From positions 203,894 to 267,893 of the forward strand of contig CAVXUF010000002.1 of the NCBI GenBank assembly GCA_963764975.1: a DNA stretch of 64,000 nucleotides, in the 5' to 3' direction. Each line of letters opens with the position of its first letter. The first letter of the stretch is position 1. Below the pieces are notes generated by a model. That model was given only the letters and a program-made list of their open reading frames with translations. It was not told the origin of the DNA and ran no database searches. This DNA is from an uncultured Chloroflexia bacterium. GTDB taxonomy: Bacteria; Chloroflexota; Limnocylindria; Limnocylindrales; CSP1-4. This document shows positions 52,734-61,564 of this stretch, piece by piece. Made by a program: the position numbers and the translations under genes.

Positions 52734-53441
52734 ATGCAAACGCCCTTGACTATCGCCGCCGCCCAACCGGCTAGCGTCGCGCGGGATGTCGCCGCCAACG
52801 CTGCGGCGCACGCGTTGGCGATCCGGGCGGCCGCTTCGAGGGTCGTCGTATTCCCGGAACTCTCACTGACCGGCTATGAGCTCGATGCCGAGCCGATCAC
52901 GATCGACGACCCGCGGCTGACGCCGATCGTCGACGCCTGCGGCGCCGTGGGCGCGTTGGCGTTGGTCGGTGCACCGGTCCGCGACAGGCCCGGTGGCGCC
53001 GCGTACATCGCGACGCTCGCCGTCGACACGGACGGGGTACGCGTTGCCTATCGGAAGGTCAACGTCGCCGTGGACGAGGGGGCGTGGTTCGCGCCCGGAC
53101 CTCATCCGGCGGCCATCGAGGTCGACGGCTGGCGGCTCGGCCTCGCGATCTGCAAGGACACGGAGGTCGCGCGCCATGTCGAGGACACCGTGGCCCTCGG
53201 GATCGACGCGTATGTCGCGGGCACGGTCATGTTCGACCACGAAGCCGCCGGGCAGGACGCACGCGCGACGCGGACCGCCCAGGCGCATGGGATCTGGGTC
53301 GTGATCTCGAGTTTCGCGGGGCCGACAGGCGCCGGCTACGACTCCACCGCGGGTCGCTCCGGGATCTGGTCGCCCGCAGGGGAGGTCGTCGGGCAGGTCG
53401 GTCCCGAGATCGGCGCGATCGCGAGGGCGAAGCTCGTCTGA
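52734..53441 (+). CDS. carbon-nitrogen hydrolase (nitrilase superfamily) protein
   Basis: ATG 52734 within ORF 52365..53441. Glu-Lys-Cys triad contexts VVVFPELSLTGY, YRKVNV, GLAICKD. Confidence 0.8.
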   Translation: MQTPLTIAAAQPASVARDVAANAAAHALAIRAAASRVVVFPELSLTGYELDAEPITIDDPRLTPIVDACGAVGALALVGAPVRDRPGGAAYIATLAVDTDGVRVAYRKVNVAVDEGAWFAPGPHPAAIEVDGWRLGLAICKDTEVARHVEDTVALGIDAYVAGTVMFDHEAAGQDARATRTAQAHGIWVVISSFAGPTGAGYDSTAGRSGIWSPAGEVVGQVGPEIGAIARAKLV

Positions 53442-53477
53442 CCGTGCCGCGCCGTCGGGCGCTACGCTTGCGGCCGC

Positions 53478-53564
53478 GCCGGAGTGGCGGAACTGGCAGA
53501 CGCAGCGGACTTAAAATCCGCCGCCCGCAAGGGCGTCAGGGTTCGAACCCCTGCTCCGGCACCA
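53478..53564 (+). tRNA. tRNA-Leu (anticodon TAA)
   Basis: GCCGGAGTGGCGGAACTGGCAGACGC, anticodon loop CU-TAA-AA, long variable arm, GGTTCGAACCC, encoded CCA. Confidence 0.9.
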
Positions 53565-53603
53565 TCGACCGCGACCGTATCCGTATGGATCGCCCTCGAG
53601 AAG

Positions 53604-54068
53604 CTACTTGACCGTGAAGGTCGTCTCGGCCACGCCGACGCGGTCGCCTTTCGTGCAGGTGACGGTGATCGGCACGTCCTGCTGATTGGCGTTGCTCCCG
53701 ACGGTCCACTTCCAGACCACGCGGCCGTCCGCGTCGACGTCCTTCTCCTTGAGCCCGGACGCCTGGGACGGGCCGGACTCGTAGAGGACCACGATCGTGC
53801 AGGTCGCGCCCTTGACCGTCTCGGCCGTGACCGATGCGGACTCATTTGGGGACGCGTTCTTCGTGTGGCTCACGATCTCGACCGGGATCGGCTTCGGCGT
53901 CGGCGTCGGCTCGGGCGTGGGTTCGGGCGTCGGTGTCGGTTTCGCGGTCGGCTTGACGGTTGGCGTCGGTTCGCTCGCGAGCGGGGCGCCCGTCTCGGCC
54001 GAACAGCCGATGAGCGCGACCATCAAGACCGGGGTGAGCAGTCCGAGCCGACTGTGTCGATGGCGCAT
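53604..54068 (-). CDS. lipoprotein with Pro/Thr-rich linker
   Basis: Signal peptide with lipobox LIGC, PTPTVKPTAKPTPTPEPTPEPTPTPKP linker, then a beta-rich domain of about 90 aa. Confidence 0.65.
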   Translation of the reverse strand: MRHRHSRLGLLTPVLMVALIGCSAETGAPLASEPTPTVKPTAKPTPTPEPTPEPTPTPKPIPVEIVSHTKNASPNESASVTAETVKGATCTIVVLYESGPSQASGLKEKDVDADGRVVWKWTVGSNANQQDVPITVTCTKGDRVGVAETTFTVK

Positions 54069-54134
54069 GTCGAGCCCCTTGGCGGTCGTGTCAGCCGGAG
54101 CCTACCGCAGCGCGGGTCGCCGGAACAGCGCTCG

Positions 54135-54881
54135 TCACGGCGCCACGACGACAGGGATCTCGGTGTTCGGGCAGCCCGCTGCCAGCGACGCGAGGTCGTC
54201 GTGCTCGGCGGGGTCCACCGAAAGGGCCCAGCGCACCTTCACGGCGATCCACGCCTCGACGAAGGGACAGCGCGCGGACACGACCGACGGCAGCCACTGC
54301 CCAGGATCGCTGTCCGCCTTGGCCATGTTGCTCGCCACCGAGACCGCGATGAGCGCGCGCGGATCGTCCAGGTCGTTCGCGAACCGGACACGACGGCTGG
54401 TCGACCAATCACGGGCGCCCGATCGCCAGGCTTCGGCGAGAGCGACGACATGGTCGATCGAGAGCTCGGACACGTCGGTCGCGACGAGCCCGTCGAAGGC
54501 GCTCGTCCAGCGGCCGCCCGTCAGTCGACACCGTGACCCGGATGACGGCGGCTCCTCGGCCTCGCTCAGCAGCACCTCGTCGCGGGTGTCGCAGCCATCA
54601 CCGTCGTCATCCACCCAGAGCGGGAACAGGTCGCGGTCGTAGCCGCCGCGGCGCTCGGGTTCGATGCGCAATCGAGCAAGCAGCGCGGACAGCGGATCGC
54701 CGGTCGCAGGGGTCGGTGATGGGGACGCCGACGCGGCGGGCGACGTCACGGATGACGGGGACGCGGACGGGGCGACAGCGGGTGCGACCCGTTGACTTGC
54801 GAGAACGCCCACCACGACAACCACGATCACGATCGCAACCAGGACGATGACGAGTCGAGCCGCCGGACCCAGTCGCGTCAC
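54135..54881 (-). CDS. membrane-anchored HNH/DUF1524-type nuclease family protein
   Basis: In frame with ORF 54135..55085; probable GTG start at 54881 before the TM helix LVIVLVAIVIVVVVVGVL. IDHVVALAEAWRSGA...FANDLDDPRALIAVSVASNMAKADSDPGQWLP matches the DUF1524 signature. Confidence 0.7.
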   Translation of the reverse strand: MTRLGPAARLVIVLVAIVIVVVVVGVLASQRVAPAVAPSASPSSVTSPAASASPSPTPATGDPLSALLARLRIEPERRGGYDRDLFPLWVDDDGDGCDTRDEVLLSEAEEPPSSGSRCRLTGGRWTSAFDGLVATDVSELSIDHVVALAEAWRSGARDWSTSRRVRFANDLDDPRALIAVSVASNMAKADSDPGQWLPSVVSARCPFVEAWIAVKVRWALSVDPAEHDDLASLAAGCPNTEIPVVVAP

Positions 54882-55048
54882 AAGACCTGCACCATCATCG
54901 GTCGAGCCTACCCGTGACGGTGCGTCGTCGCACCGGATTCCGGGTATGAGGGGTCGAGCGGTGCGGCGCGGACGTCTTGGCACGTGCCGGGAGACACTAG
55001 GATGGTACGAAGGTCCTGACCCATTCGTCCCGGGGGCACCAGTCTTCC

Positions 55049-57844
55049 ATGTCGACCGCCCGACGCTACCTGAGCGTCCTGGCAACCCTCGGCCTCCTGG
55101 CGCTCATCCTGCCGTTGAGCGTCATTCCCGCGTATGCCGAAACGTCGGCCACGGTCCCGAACGGATTCCGAGATGAGCTCGTGTGGTCCGGTCTGTCGGC
55201 GCCGTCGGCGGTCGTGTTCGCGCCGAACGGCAGGGTGTTCGTCTCGCTGAAGGACGGCCGGATCAACGTCTTCGACAGCCTGACCGACGGCAGCGCCACC
55301 ACCCTCATCGACCTCTCGAGCGACGTCCACAACTACTGGGATCGCGGCCTCCTGGGTCTCGCAGTGGACCCGTCATTCCCGTCGCGCCCGTACGTCTACG
55401 CCCTGTACACCTACGACCACGTCCTGGGGTCATCCGTATCCGCCCCGCGCTGGGGGACCGGCTCGTTCTCCGACGGCTGTCCGAACCCGCCCCAGGGCAA
55501 CACGGACGGCTGCATGGTGTCCGGTCGCCTCGAACGCCTGACGGTCAGCAGCAGTGGGACCGGCAACAGCGTGTCGGCGCGCAAGACGCTGATCGAGGAC
55601 TGGTGCCAGCAATACCCGAGCCACTCGATCGGCGCGCTCGGCTTCGGCCCGGAGGGCGCCCTCTACGTGTCGGGTGGCGACGGCGCGAGTTTCAACGAGG
55701 CCGATTGGGGCCAGCTGGGTGGGTCGCTGCCGAACACGCCGACGCCCGTCAACCCGTGCAGCGACCCGAACAAGGAGGGTGGCGGCCTGCGCTCACAGGA
55801 CCTGCGGACCACCGGTGATCCGACATCGCTCGATGGGACCGTCCTGCGCGTCAACCCCGACACCGGGGCAGCCTGGCCGACGAACGCGAACGCGGGCAGC
55901 GCCGACGCCAATCGCGCGCGGATCATCGCCTACGGCTTGCGGAACCCGTTCCGGTTCGTGATCCGGCCCAACGGCCACGTGTGGGTCGGCGATGTCGGCT
56001 GGGGCGTGTGGGAGGAGATCAACAAGATCACCGACCCGAGCGCCGCCCCGAAGAACTTCGGGTGGCCCTGCTACGAGGGAGATGGCGCCAACGGACAGTA
56101 CATGAGCGCGAGCGTCGGACTCAGCCTGTGCACGAGCCTGACGTCTCAGAGTGCGCCGACGTACCGCTACAACCATAGCGCCAACATCGTGAGCGGCGAC
56201 GGGTGCACGCCCGGCAGCAGCTCCATTTCCGGGCTGGCGTTCCTGCCGTCGAGCAGCAACTACCCATCCAGCTACGACGACGGCCTGTTCTTCACCGACT
56301 ACAGCCGCAAGTGCATCTGGTTCGCCCCCAACAGTGGCGGGAACCCGGACTTCGGCAACATCTCGCGGTTCGCCAACCTGCGCCGGACGGGCGAGGCGAG
56401 CGGCGGATCGGTCTTTCTCGGGATCACGCCCGCCGGCGACCTCATCTACACGGACTACGACCGCGGCGAGGTCCGGGCGATCCGCTATTACCCGCCAAAC
56501 GCACCACCGACCGCGTCGTTCACAGCGACGCCCACGTTCGGCGCCCTGCCGCTCACGGTGCAATTCGATGCCAGCGGGTCCAGCGACTCCAACGGCCACT
56601 CGCTCACGTACGCGTGGGACCTCGACGGGGATGGCCAATACGACAATTCCACCGCCCAGAAGCCCAGCCGTACCTACACGCAGAAGGCCGATGTGGTCGT
56701 GCGCCTGCGGGTGACGGACAACGGCTCACCACCGGCCAACGCCACGACGTCGAAGACGATCAATCCCGGGTCCTTCCCGCCTGTCGTGACCTGGCCGACG
56801 CCCGCCCAGACGCTGACCTGGAAGGTCGGCGATGCGATCGCCTTCTCGGCGACCGCGACGGATGAGGACGGCGCGGTCGCCGCCAGCGGGTTCAGCTGGA
56901 CCCTGGTGGTGGACCACTGCCCGTCGAACTGCCACCAGCACACGATCCAGAGCATCGACGACGCGCGCTCGGGATCGTTCACGGCGCCCGATCACGAATA
57001 CCCGAGCCACCTCACGATCGTCCTCGCGGTCACGGACAACGACGCCATGACGACGACGCTCGAGCGGGACCTCCAACCGATCACCGGCACCGTCACCGCG
57101 AAGGCATCGCCGATCGGCATCACGATCAGTCTGGGAGCCGGGACCGGGACGCCGCCGGCCGGCGTGACCGGGATCGTTGGCAGTTCGTTCCAGGTCTCCG
57201 CGCCGGAAACGGCGGCCGTAGGGTCGCTGATGTACGTGTTCGATCACTGGTCGGACGCCGGAGCGCGCAATCACAGCGTCACCGTCGCGCCGGGGGCGAC
57301 CAAGCTCACGGCGACGTACCGGTTGACGACCGTGCTGCCGTTCTCGGACATCGGCACATCCCGGTTCGTGGCCGATATCGTCTGGTTGCGTGAGAGCGGG
57401 ATCACGTCCGGCTGCTCGGCGACGACCTTTTGCCCGGACCGCGAGGTCACCCGTGGCCAGATGGCCTCGTTCCTGGCCCGCGCACTGGCGCTCCCAGCGG
57501 CGCCGCGCGACTACTACACCGACGACCGGCGTTCGCCGCACCAGAACAACATCAACAAGATCGCCGCGGCGGGGATCACGCATGGTTGCTCGGCAACCAA
57601 GTTCTGCCCTGACGACGTCGTGACCCGCGCCCAGATGGCCTCGTTCCTGGCGCGCGCACTGGCGCTCGCCTCGACGACCGCGGACTTCTTCACCGATGAC
57701 GAGTCGAGCCCGCACGAACGGAACATCAACCGGGTGGCGGCCGCCGAGATCACGCGTGGTTGCGGCGGCACGCGCTACTGCCCGGACGACGTGGTCACCC
57801 GTGGCCAGATGGCCGCCTTCCTGCACCGCGCGCTCGAGGACTGA
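55049..57844 (+). CDS. secreted PQQ-dependent sugar dehydrogenase-like beta-propeller / PKD / triple SLH-domain protein
   Basis: Signal peptide. GSDH-type motifs (HSIGALGFGPEGALYVSGGDG, YGLRNPFRF, NFGWPCYEG). PKD domain (LTVQFDASGSSDSNGHSLTYAWDLDGDG). Three C-terminal repeats ending VTRGQMASFLARAL, VTRAQMASFLARAL and VTRGQMAAFLHRAL. Confidence 0.85.
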   Translation: MSTARRYLSVLATLGLLALILPLSVIPAYAETSATVPNGFRDELVWSGLSAPSAVVFAPNGRVFVSLKDGRINVFDSLTDGSATTLIDLSSDVHNYWDRGLLGLAVDPSFPSRPYVYALYTYDHVLGSSVSAPRWGTGSFSDGCPNPPQGNTDGCMVSGRLERLTVSSSGTGNSVSARKTLIEDWCQQYPSHSIGALGFGPEGALYVSGGDGASFNEADWGQLGGSLPNTPTPVNPCSDPNKEGGGLRSQDLRTTGDPTSLDGTVLRVNPDTGAAWPTNANAGSADANRARIIAYGLRNPFRFVIRPNGHVWVGDVGWGVWEEINKITDPSAAPKNFGWPCYEGDGANGQYMSASVGLSLCTSLTSQSAPTYRYNHSANIVSGDGCTPGSSSISGLAFLPSSSNYPSSYDDGLFFTDYSRKCIWFAPNSGGNPDFGNISRFANLRRTGEASGGSVFLGITPAGDLIYTDYDRGEVRAIRYYPPNAPPTASFTATPTFGALPLTVQFDASGSSDSNGHSLTYAWDLDGDGQYDNSTAQKPSRTYTQKADVVVRLRVTDNGSPPANATTSKTINPGSFPPVVTWPTPAQTLTWKVGDAIAFSATATDEDGAVAASGFSWTLVVDHCPSNCHQHTIQSIDDARSGSFTAPDHEYPSHLTIVLAVTDNDAMTTTLERDLQPITGTVTAKASPIGITISLGAGTGTPPAGVTGIVGSSFQVSAPETAAVGSLMYVFDHWSDAGARNHSVTVAPGATKLTATYRLTTVLPFSDIGTSRFVADIVWLRESGITSGCSATTFCPDREVTRGQMASFLARALALPAAPRDYYTDDRRSPHQNNINKIAAAGITHGCSATKFCPDDVVTRAQMASFLARALALASTTADFFTDDESSPHERNINRVAAAEITRGCGGTRYCPDDVVTRGQMAAFLHRALED

Positions 57845-57977
57845 TGGTTCCCGGACGAGCCTGCGGCTGACCGCATCGTCCACCCCGCTCGGGACCATCG
57901 TCCTGTGGATGACCCGGACCGCCGCCGCGTAGGGTGAGCGGAGCGAAGGGGGGCATGAAGACACGAGGTCACCCCAG

Positions 57978-58856
57978 ATGCTTTCCCGACGTTCCGTGGC
58001 GATCGCCGCTACGTTCCTGCTTGCTGGGCTCATCCCGGCGCCGGTCGTGCTGGCGGCCAGTCAGATCGTCGAGTGCGGCCAGTACTCCGAGTACACGGCT
58101 CCGGATCCCGCCGGACCCACGGACGGGTCACTTCGACTCCGGTCCCTCCCGGCCTGGACGATCGATCCGGCCGCGACCATCGCCCCTCCCGCTGATACGA
58201 GTCTCCCGACGCTCGTGACTGGGATCCCGACCTGTCTGCAGCTCGACCTCGACGACCTCGGCGTGATCACGGCGGTCGCGATCGTGCCCCAAGGCACGAT
58301 CGAGGGACCGGTCGAATTCGATAGCGGTGGCAGCCAGTACGTCCTGGACGAACGCATCACCACGCCGACCTTCGTCACGGACACGTATCCCGTGCTCTTC
58401 GCCCTCTTCGATGGGAGCTTTCAGGCGGGCACCGACGCCAGTCTGACGCTGATCGTGGACCTGGGGACCGGATTCATGGCCGGCCTCGAAGGGACTGCCC
58501 GCTACTGTGGCCTCGGCTCCGTCGATGGCGACGGGAACGGGCTGATCGGTGATTCCACGATCCCGGCGGCGGTGCTCGATGCGCAGGACGTCAAGCGGTT
58601 GGGTAACGCCGGATCGCGGCAGGTCTGCGCGACGATCGACGTCACGGGCACCATCGACACGGGGACCGGCGCGCTCGATCTGACGTCCGAGGTCACGATC
58701 GACGTGGCCGCAACGCCGACCGCGCCGCCGACGTCGATCGTAGGAACGTCGAGTCTCCGCCCAGACGCCGGCAACGCGTTGGGTTGGGTCGTGTTGTTGC
58801 TCGTGTTCGGCGGGACCTTGACCGTGGCGAGTGCGCGCCGGTCGCGAGCGCGCTAG
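57978..58856 (+). CDS. secreted protein with C-terminal hydrophobic anchor
   Basis: Signal peptide MLSRRSVAIAATFLLAGLIPAPVVLAA. C-terminus WVVLLLVFGGTLTVASARRSRAR is TM plus a basic tail, with no LPXTG seen. Confidence 0.55.
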   Translation: MLSRRSVAIAATFLLAGLIPAPVVLAASQIVECGQYSEYTAPDPAGPTDGSLRLRSLPAWTIDPAATIAPPADTSLPTLVTGIPTCLQLDLDDLGVITAVAIVPQGTIEGPVEFDSGGSQYVLDERITTPTFVTDTYPVLFALFDGSFQAGTDASLTLIVDLGTGFMAGLEGTARYCGLGSVDGDGNGLIGDSTIPAAVLDAQDVKRLGNAGSRQVCATIDVTGTIDTGTGALDLTSEVTIDVAATPTAPPTSIVGTSSLRPDAGNALGWVVLLLVFGGTLTVASARRSRAR

Positions 58857-60070
58857 CGGCGGCGTCGGCCGAAGAGGCCGCCCTTCTTCTCGGTCGGGGC
58901 GTCCGGCACGACGTACCCGTCACGACCGAACGCCTGATCGCTGAGCTTCACGAGACGCTCGGCGGCTGCCGACTTCGGTGCGCCGATGACCACCGGGATC
59001 CCCTCGTTCACGGCCTTGAGGAAGATGAACGGGTCATACGGCAGGTCCGTCCCGATCTTGGTCCCGAGCGCATTCTCGATGTCACGCAGCTTGAGGATCT
59101 CACGGGCGAACATGTTGTTGAGCACGAACGTCGACTTCATCGCGATCGAGCCGACCTCGTTGAAGTAATCCAGCACGGCGTGGACCGCCCGGAGCGCGGC
59201 GATCTCCGGGTAGACCGGCAGGATGACCGCTTCGGCGGCGTCGAGCGCGATCATCGTCCGCTCGTCGAGCGCGGAACCTGCGTCGATGACGACCGAGTCG
59301 TACCCTTCGAGCAGGTTCGCGATGATCTTGCCGACGTGCTCCGGTGTCACGAGGTCGGCGCCCTCCGGGGTCCCGGGGGCGGCCAGGATGTGCAGCCCGG
59401 AATCGTGCCGGATCGCGTACGTGCGCAGGATCTCCGGTTCGCGCAGGGCGGCCTGGTCGCGCACGGCTTCCGCGATCGTGACCTTCGGCTCGATGTTCAG
59501 GTGGCTCGCGACGCCGCCGAACTGGAGCGACAGGTCCACCAGGATGACCTTGTCCGGCCGGCCGGCTGCCGCGGCGATCGCCACGTTGGTCGCGATCGTC
59601 GTCGTCCCGACCCCGCCCTTGGGACTGTAGACCGCCACGCTGCGCCTGGCCCGGGCCATGGTCAGGCCATCGGCCGAGATCACGGTGCTCATGTCCTTGG
59701 AGCGCTGGAACCGCAGGAGGAGCGCCTCCACCCGCGCTTCGAGCTCGCGGGCGTCGAACGGGCGGGCCATCACGTCGTCGGCGCCGGCCTGGAGGTACTC
59801 GATCCGCTCGTTGACGTCGTCGGTCTGGCTGACGCACATGACCGGGACACTCGAGAGTTCCGGCGCGCCGCGGAGCTTGGTGCAGACGTCGACCGTTCGC
59901 CCTCCGGCGGTCCGGTCGAGGATGACAAGCTGGTGGCCGGGGGCCTGGGCGAACGCCTCCTCGGCCGTGGCAACGGAGGTCACCGTGTAGCCGGCGCCCG
60001 TCAGGACGGCGGCGATGACCCCGTCCGATGCGGGATCTCCGTCGAGGAGCAGGATGAGACTGGCGGGCAC
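58853..60070 (-). CDS. response-regulator receiver fused to TadZ/CpaE-type ParA/MinD-like ATPase
   Basis: GTG 60070 after GGAGG. Receiver (LLLDGD...LVILD...MARPFDARELEARVEALL). Atypical Walker A YSPKGGVGTTTIATN. C-terminal EKKGGLFGRRRR tail. Confidence 0.8.
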   Translation of the reverse strand: MPASLILLLDGDPASDGVIAAVLTGAGYTVTSVATAEEAFAQAPGHQLVILDRTAGGRTVDVCTKLRGAPELSSVPVMCVSQTDDVNERIEYLQAGADDVMARPFDARELEARVEALLLRFQRSKDMSTVISADGLTMARARRSVAVYSPKGGVGTTTIATNVAIAAAAGRPDKVILVDLSLQFGGVASHLNIEPKVTIAEAVRDQAALREPEILRTYAIRHDSGLHILAAPGTPEGADLVTPEHVGKIIANLLEGYDSVVIDAGSALDERTMIALDAAEAVILPVYPEIAALRAVHAVLDYFNEVGSIAMKSTFVLNNMFAREILKLRDIENALGTKIGTDLPYDPFIFLKAVNEGIPVVIGAPKSAAAERLVKLSDQAFGRDGYVVPDAPTEKKGGLFGRRRR

Positions 60071-60091
60071 GGAGCCTCCCCGAAACGTGTG

Positions 60092-60124
60092 GCGTGCTTC
60101 GATCAGGCACGCTGATCAGCGTGC
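60092..60124. promoter_or_regulatory. operator-like inverted repeats in the divergent RR-ATPase / rpsF intergenic region
   Basis: Perfect 18-bp palindrome GCACGCTGATCAGCGTGC (60107-60124), plus an extra GCGTGC arm at 60092-60097. Lies 22-54 nt upstream of GTG 60070. Confidence 0.35.
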
Positions 60125-60257
60125 AGCGGTATGAACCTGAGGATACAGCCAAGGGCCCGAGCACTGGGTGCGTGCTAGACTACGGCCTCGTTTCCTTTCC
60201 GCTCCGCGCCGGGCGACCGTCAGCGGGGCATACCCATCGGAAGGAGTGTCTAGGCGC

Positions 60258-60686
60258 ATGCGCCGATATGAACTGATGCTCGTGATCCGCCCGGATGTGG
60301 CGGATGACAAGAGCCAGGCCGTCGTGGATCGCACGACCCGCCAGATCGTGGCCGCCGGAGGCCAGATCGTGAAGGTGGCCCCCTGGGGTCGCCGTCGACT
60401 CGCCTACCAGATCGATCGCCATCGTGAGGGCTCGTACCAGATCATCGTCTTCGAGTCCCCGGCCGAGGCGATCGTCGAGCTCGAGCACACCCTCCAGATC
60501 ACCGAAGAAGTGATCCGCCACCTCGTTACGCGCGCGGAGCGCCCGGTCAAGGCCGGCCGCCGCGACGACGACGACGACACCGAGGATGGCGTCCCGCCGC
60601 CCGACGAGGACGACGAGGATCAGGACGACGGGACCGAGCGGATCGACGAGTCCGAAAGCGAAGCGGCGCCCGCCGCGATCGATTGA
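60258..60686 (+). CDS. rpsF: 30S ribosomal protein S6 (long acidic C-terminal tail)
   Basis: ATG 60258 after GGAAGGAG. MRRYELMLVIRPD...WGRRRLAYQI. About 45 aa of Asp/Glu-rich tail. Confidence 0.9.
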   Translation: MRRYELMLVIRPDVADDKSQAVVDRTTRQIVAAGGQIVKVAPWGRRRLAYQIDRHREGSYQIIVFESPAEAIVELEHTLQITEEVIRHLVTRAERPVKAGRRDDDDDTEDGVPPPDEDDEDQDDGTERIDESESEAAPAAID

Positions 60687-60699
60687 CGGAGGCTTTGAG

Positions 60700-61152
60700 A
60701 TGGCGTTCTGCAAGATCATGCTCATCGGGAACCTCGGTCGGGATCCCGAGATGCGCTACACCCCTAGCGGTCGCCCCGTGACCCAGTTCAGCGTCGCCGT
60801 CAGCAACAGCAAGCCGGATGGCCAGGGCGGCTGGGTCGACGAGGGCACGGACTGGTATCGCGTCAGCATCTTCGGTGACCGCGCCGAGCGTGCCGCTGAG
60901 CAGCTCCGCAAGGGCAACCGCGTCTTCGTCGAGGGTCGCTTCAAGACCCGCGAGTTCGAAGGCAACGACGGCCAGAAGCGGACGTCGCTGGACGTGACCG
61001 CGGACAACGTCATCAGCCTGGATCGCAAGGGTCAGAGCGATGACGGGGCGTTCTCGGGTGCCCCGGTGGCTGCCGGTGCGGCGGGATCCGGTGGCGGCGC
61101 CCCGAGCCGACCCGCGTCCGACGACACCGACCTCGACGACCTTCCCTTCTGA
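60700..61152 (+). CDS. ssb: single-stranded DNA-binding protein
   Basis: OB-fold N-terminus ([29 protein letters not shown]), Gly-rich linker and acidic tip DDLPF. Confidence 0.9.
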   Translation: MAFCKIMLIGNLGRDPEMRYTPSGRPVTQFSVAVSNSKPDGQGGWVDEGTDWYRVSIFGDRAERAAEQLRKGNRVFVEGRFKTREFEGNDGQKRTSLDVTADNVISLDRKGQSDDGAFSGAPVAAGAAGSGGGAPSRPASDDTDLDDLPF

Positions 61153-61169
61153 CCAGGAGAGACCGACCC

Positions 61170-61436
61170 ATGCCGCCGATCCGATCCAAGAAGCGCGACG
61201 ACATGTATCGCGACCGTCGTCGTCGCAAGGTCTGCGCGTTCTGCGCGGACAAGACCGCCCAGATCGACTACAAGGAAGTCAATCGGCTTCGACGCTACCT
61301 CTCGGAGCGCGCGAAGATCGAACCGCGTCGCAAGACCGGCACCTGCGCCGGGCACCAGCGCGAGCTGGCCGTCGCCCTGAAGCGAGCGCGGCACGTGGCG
61401 CTGCTCCCGTACGCGCCGCAGCACCTCCGACCCTGA
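61170..61436 (+). CDS. rpsR: 30S ribosomal protein S18
   Basis: [43 protein letters not shown]. Confidence 0.9.
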   Translation: MPPIRSKKRDDMYRDRRRRKVCAFCADKTAQIDYKEVNRLRRYLSERAKIEPRRKTGTCAGHQRELAVALKRARHVALLPYAPQHLRP

Positions 61437-61564
61437 TCCCGTGGGGCCCGGTCCATCGTGACCGGGCACCTCGCCGGATGCTCCGTCTCATGGCGCCCGC
61501 GCCTCGGACAGGGCCCATCGGCGGGGCGGGCTCCTCGCACGCGGTCCTCACGGAGAGCTGATCC

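Noticed and set aside
51600-55000. Prophage or integrative element at tRNA-Cys or tRNA-Leu(TAA)
   Set aside because: No integrase, excisionase, phage structural genes or att-like duplication of the tRNA 3' ends could be found by eye.
57978-60070. Tad/Flp pilus locus around the TadZ/CpaE-like gene
   Set aside because: No cpaF/tadA ATPase, tadB/C, prepilin peptidase or flp pilin ORF is present within 5 kb on either side.
60107-60124. Shared regulator site between the 18-bp palindrome and the central hairpin of the 139-nt repeat (both contain GCACGCTG / AGCGTG)
   Set aside because: An 8-mer of this composition is expected to recur by chance several times in 64 kb of high-G+C DNA. The arm order and spacing also differ.
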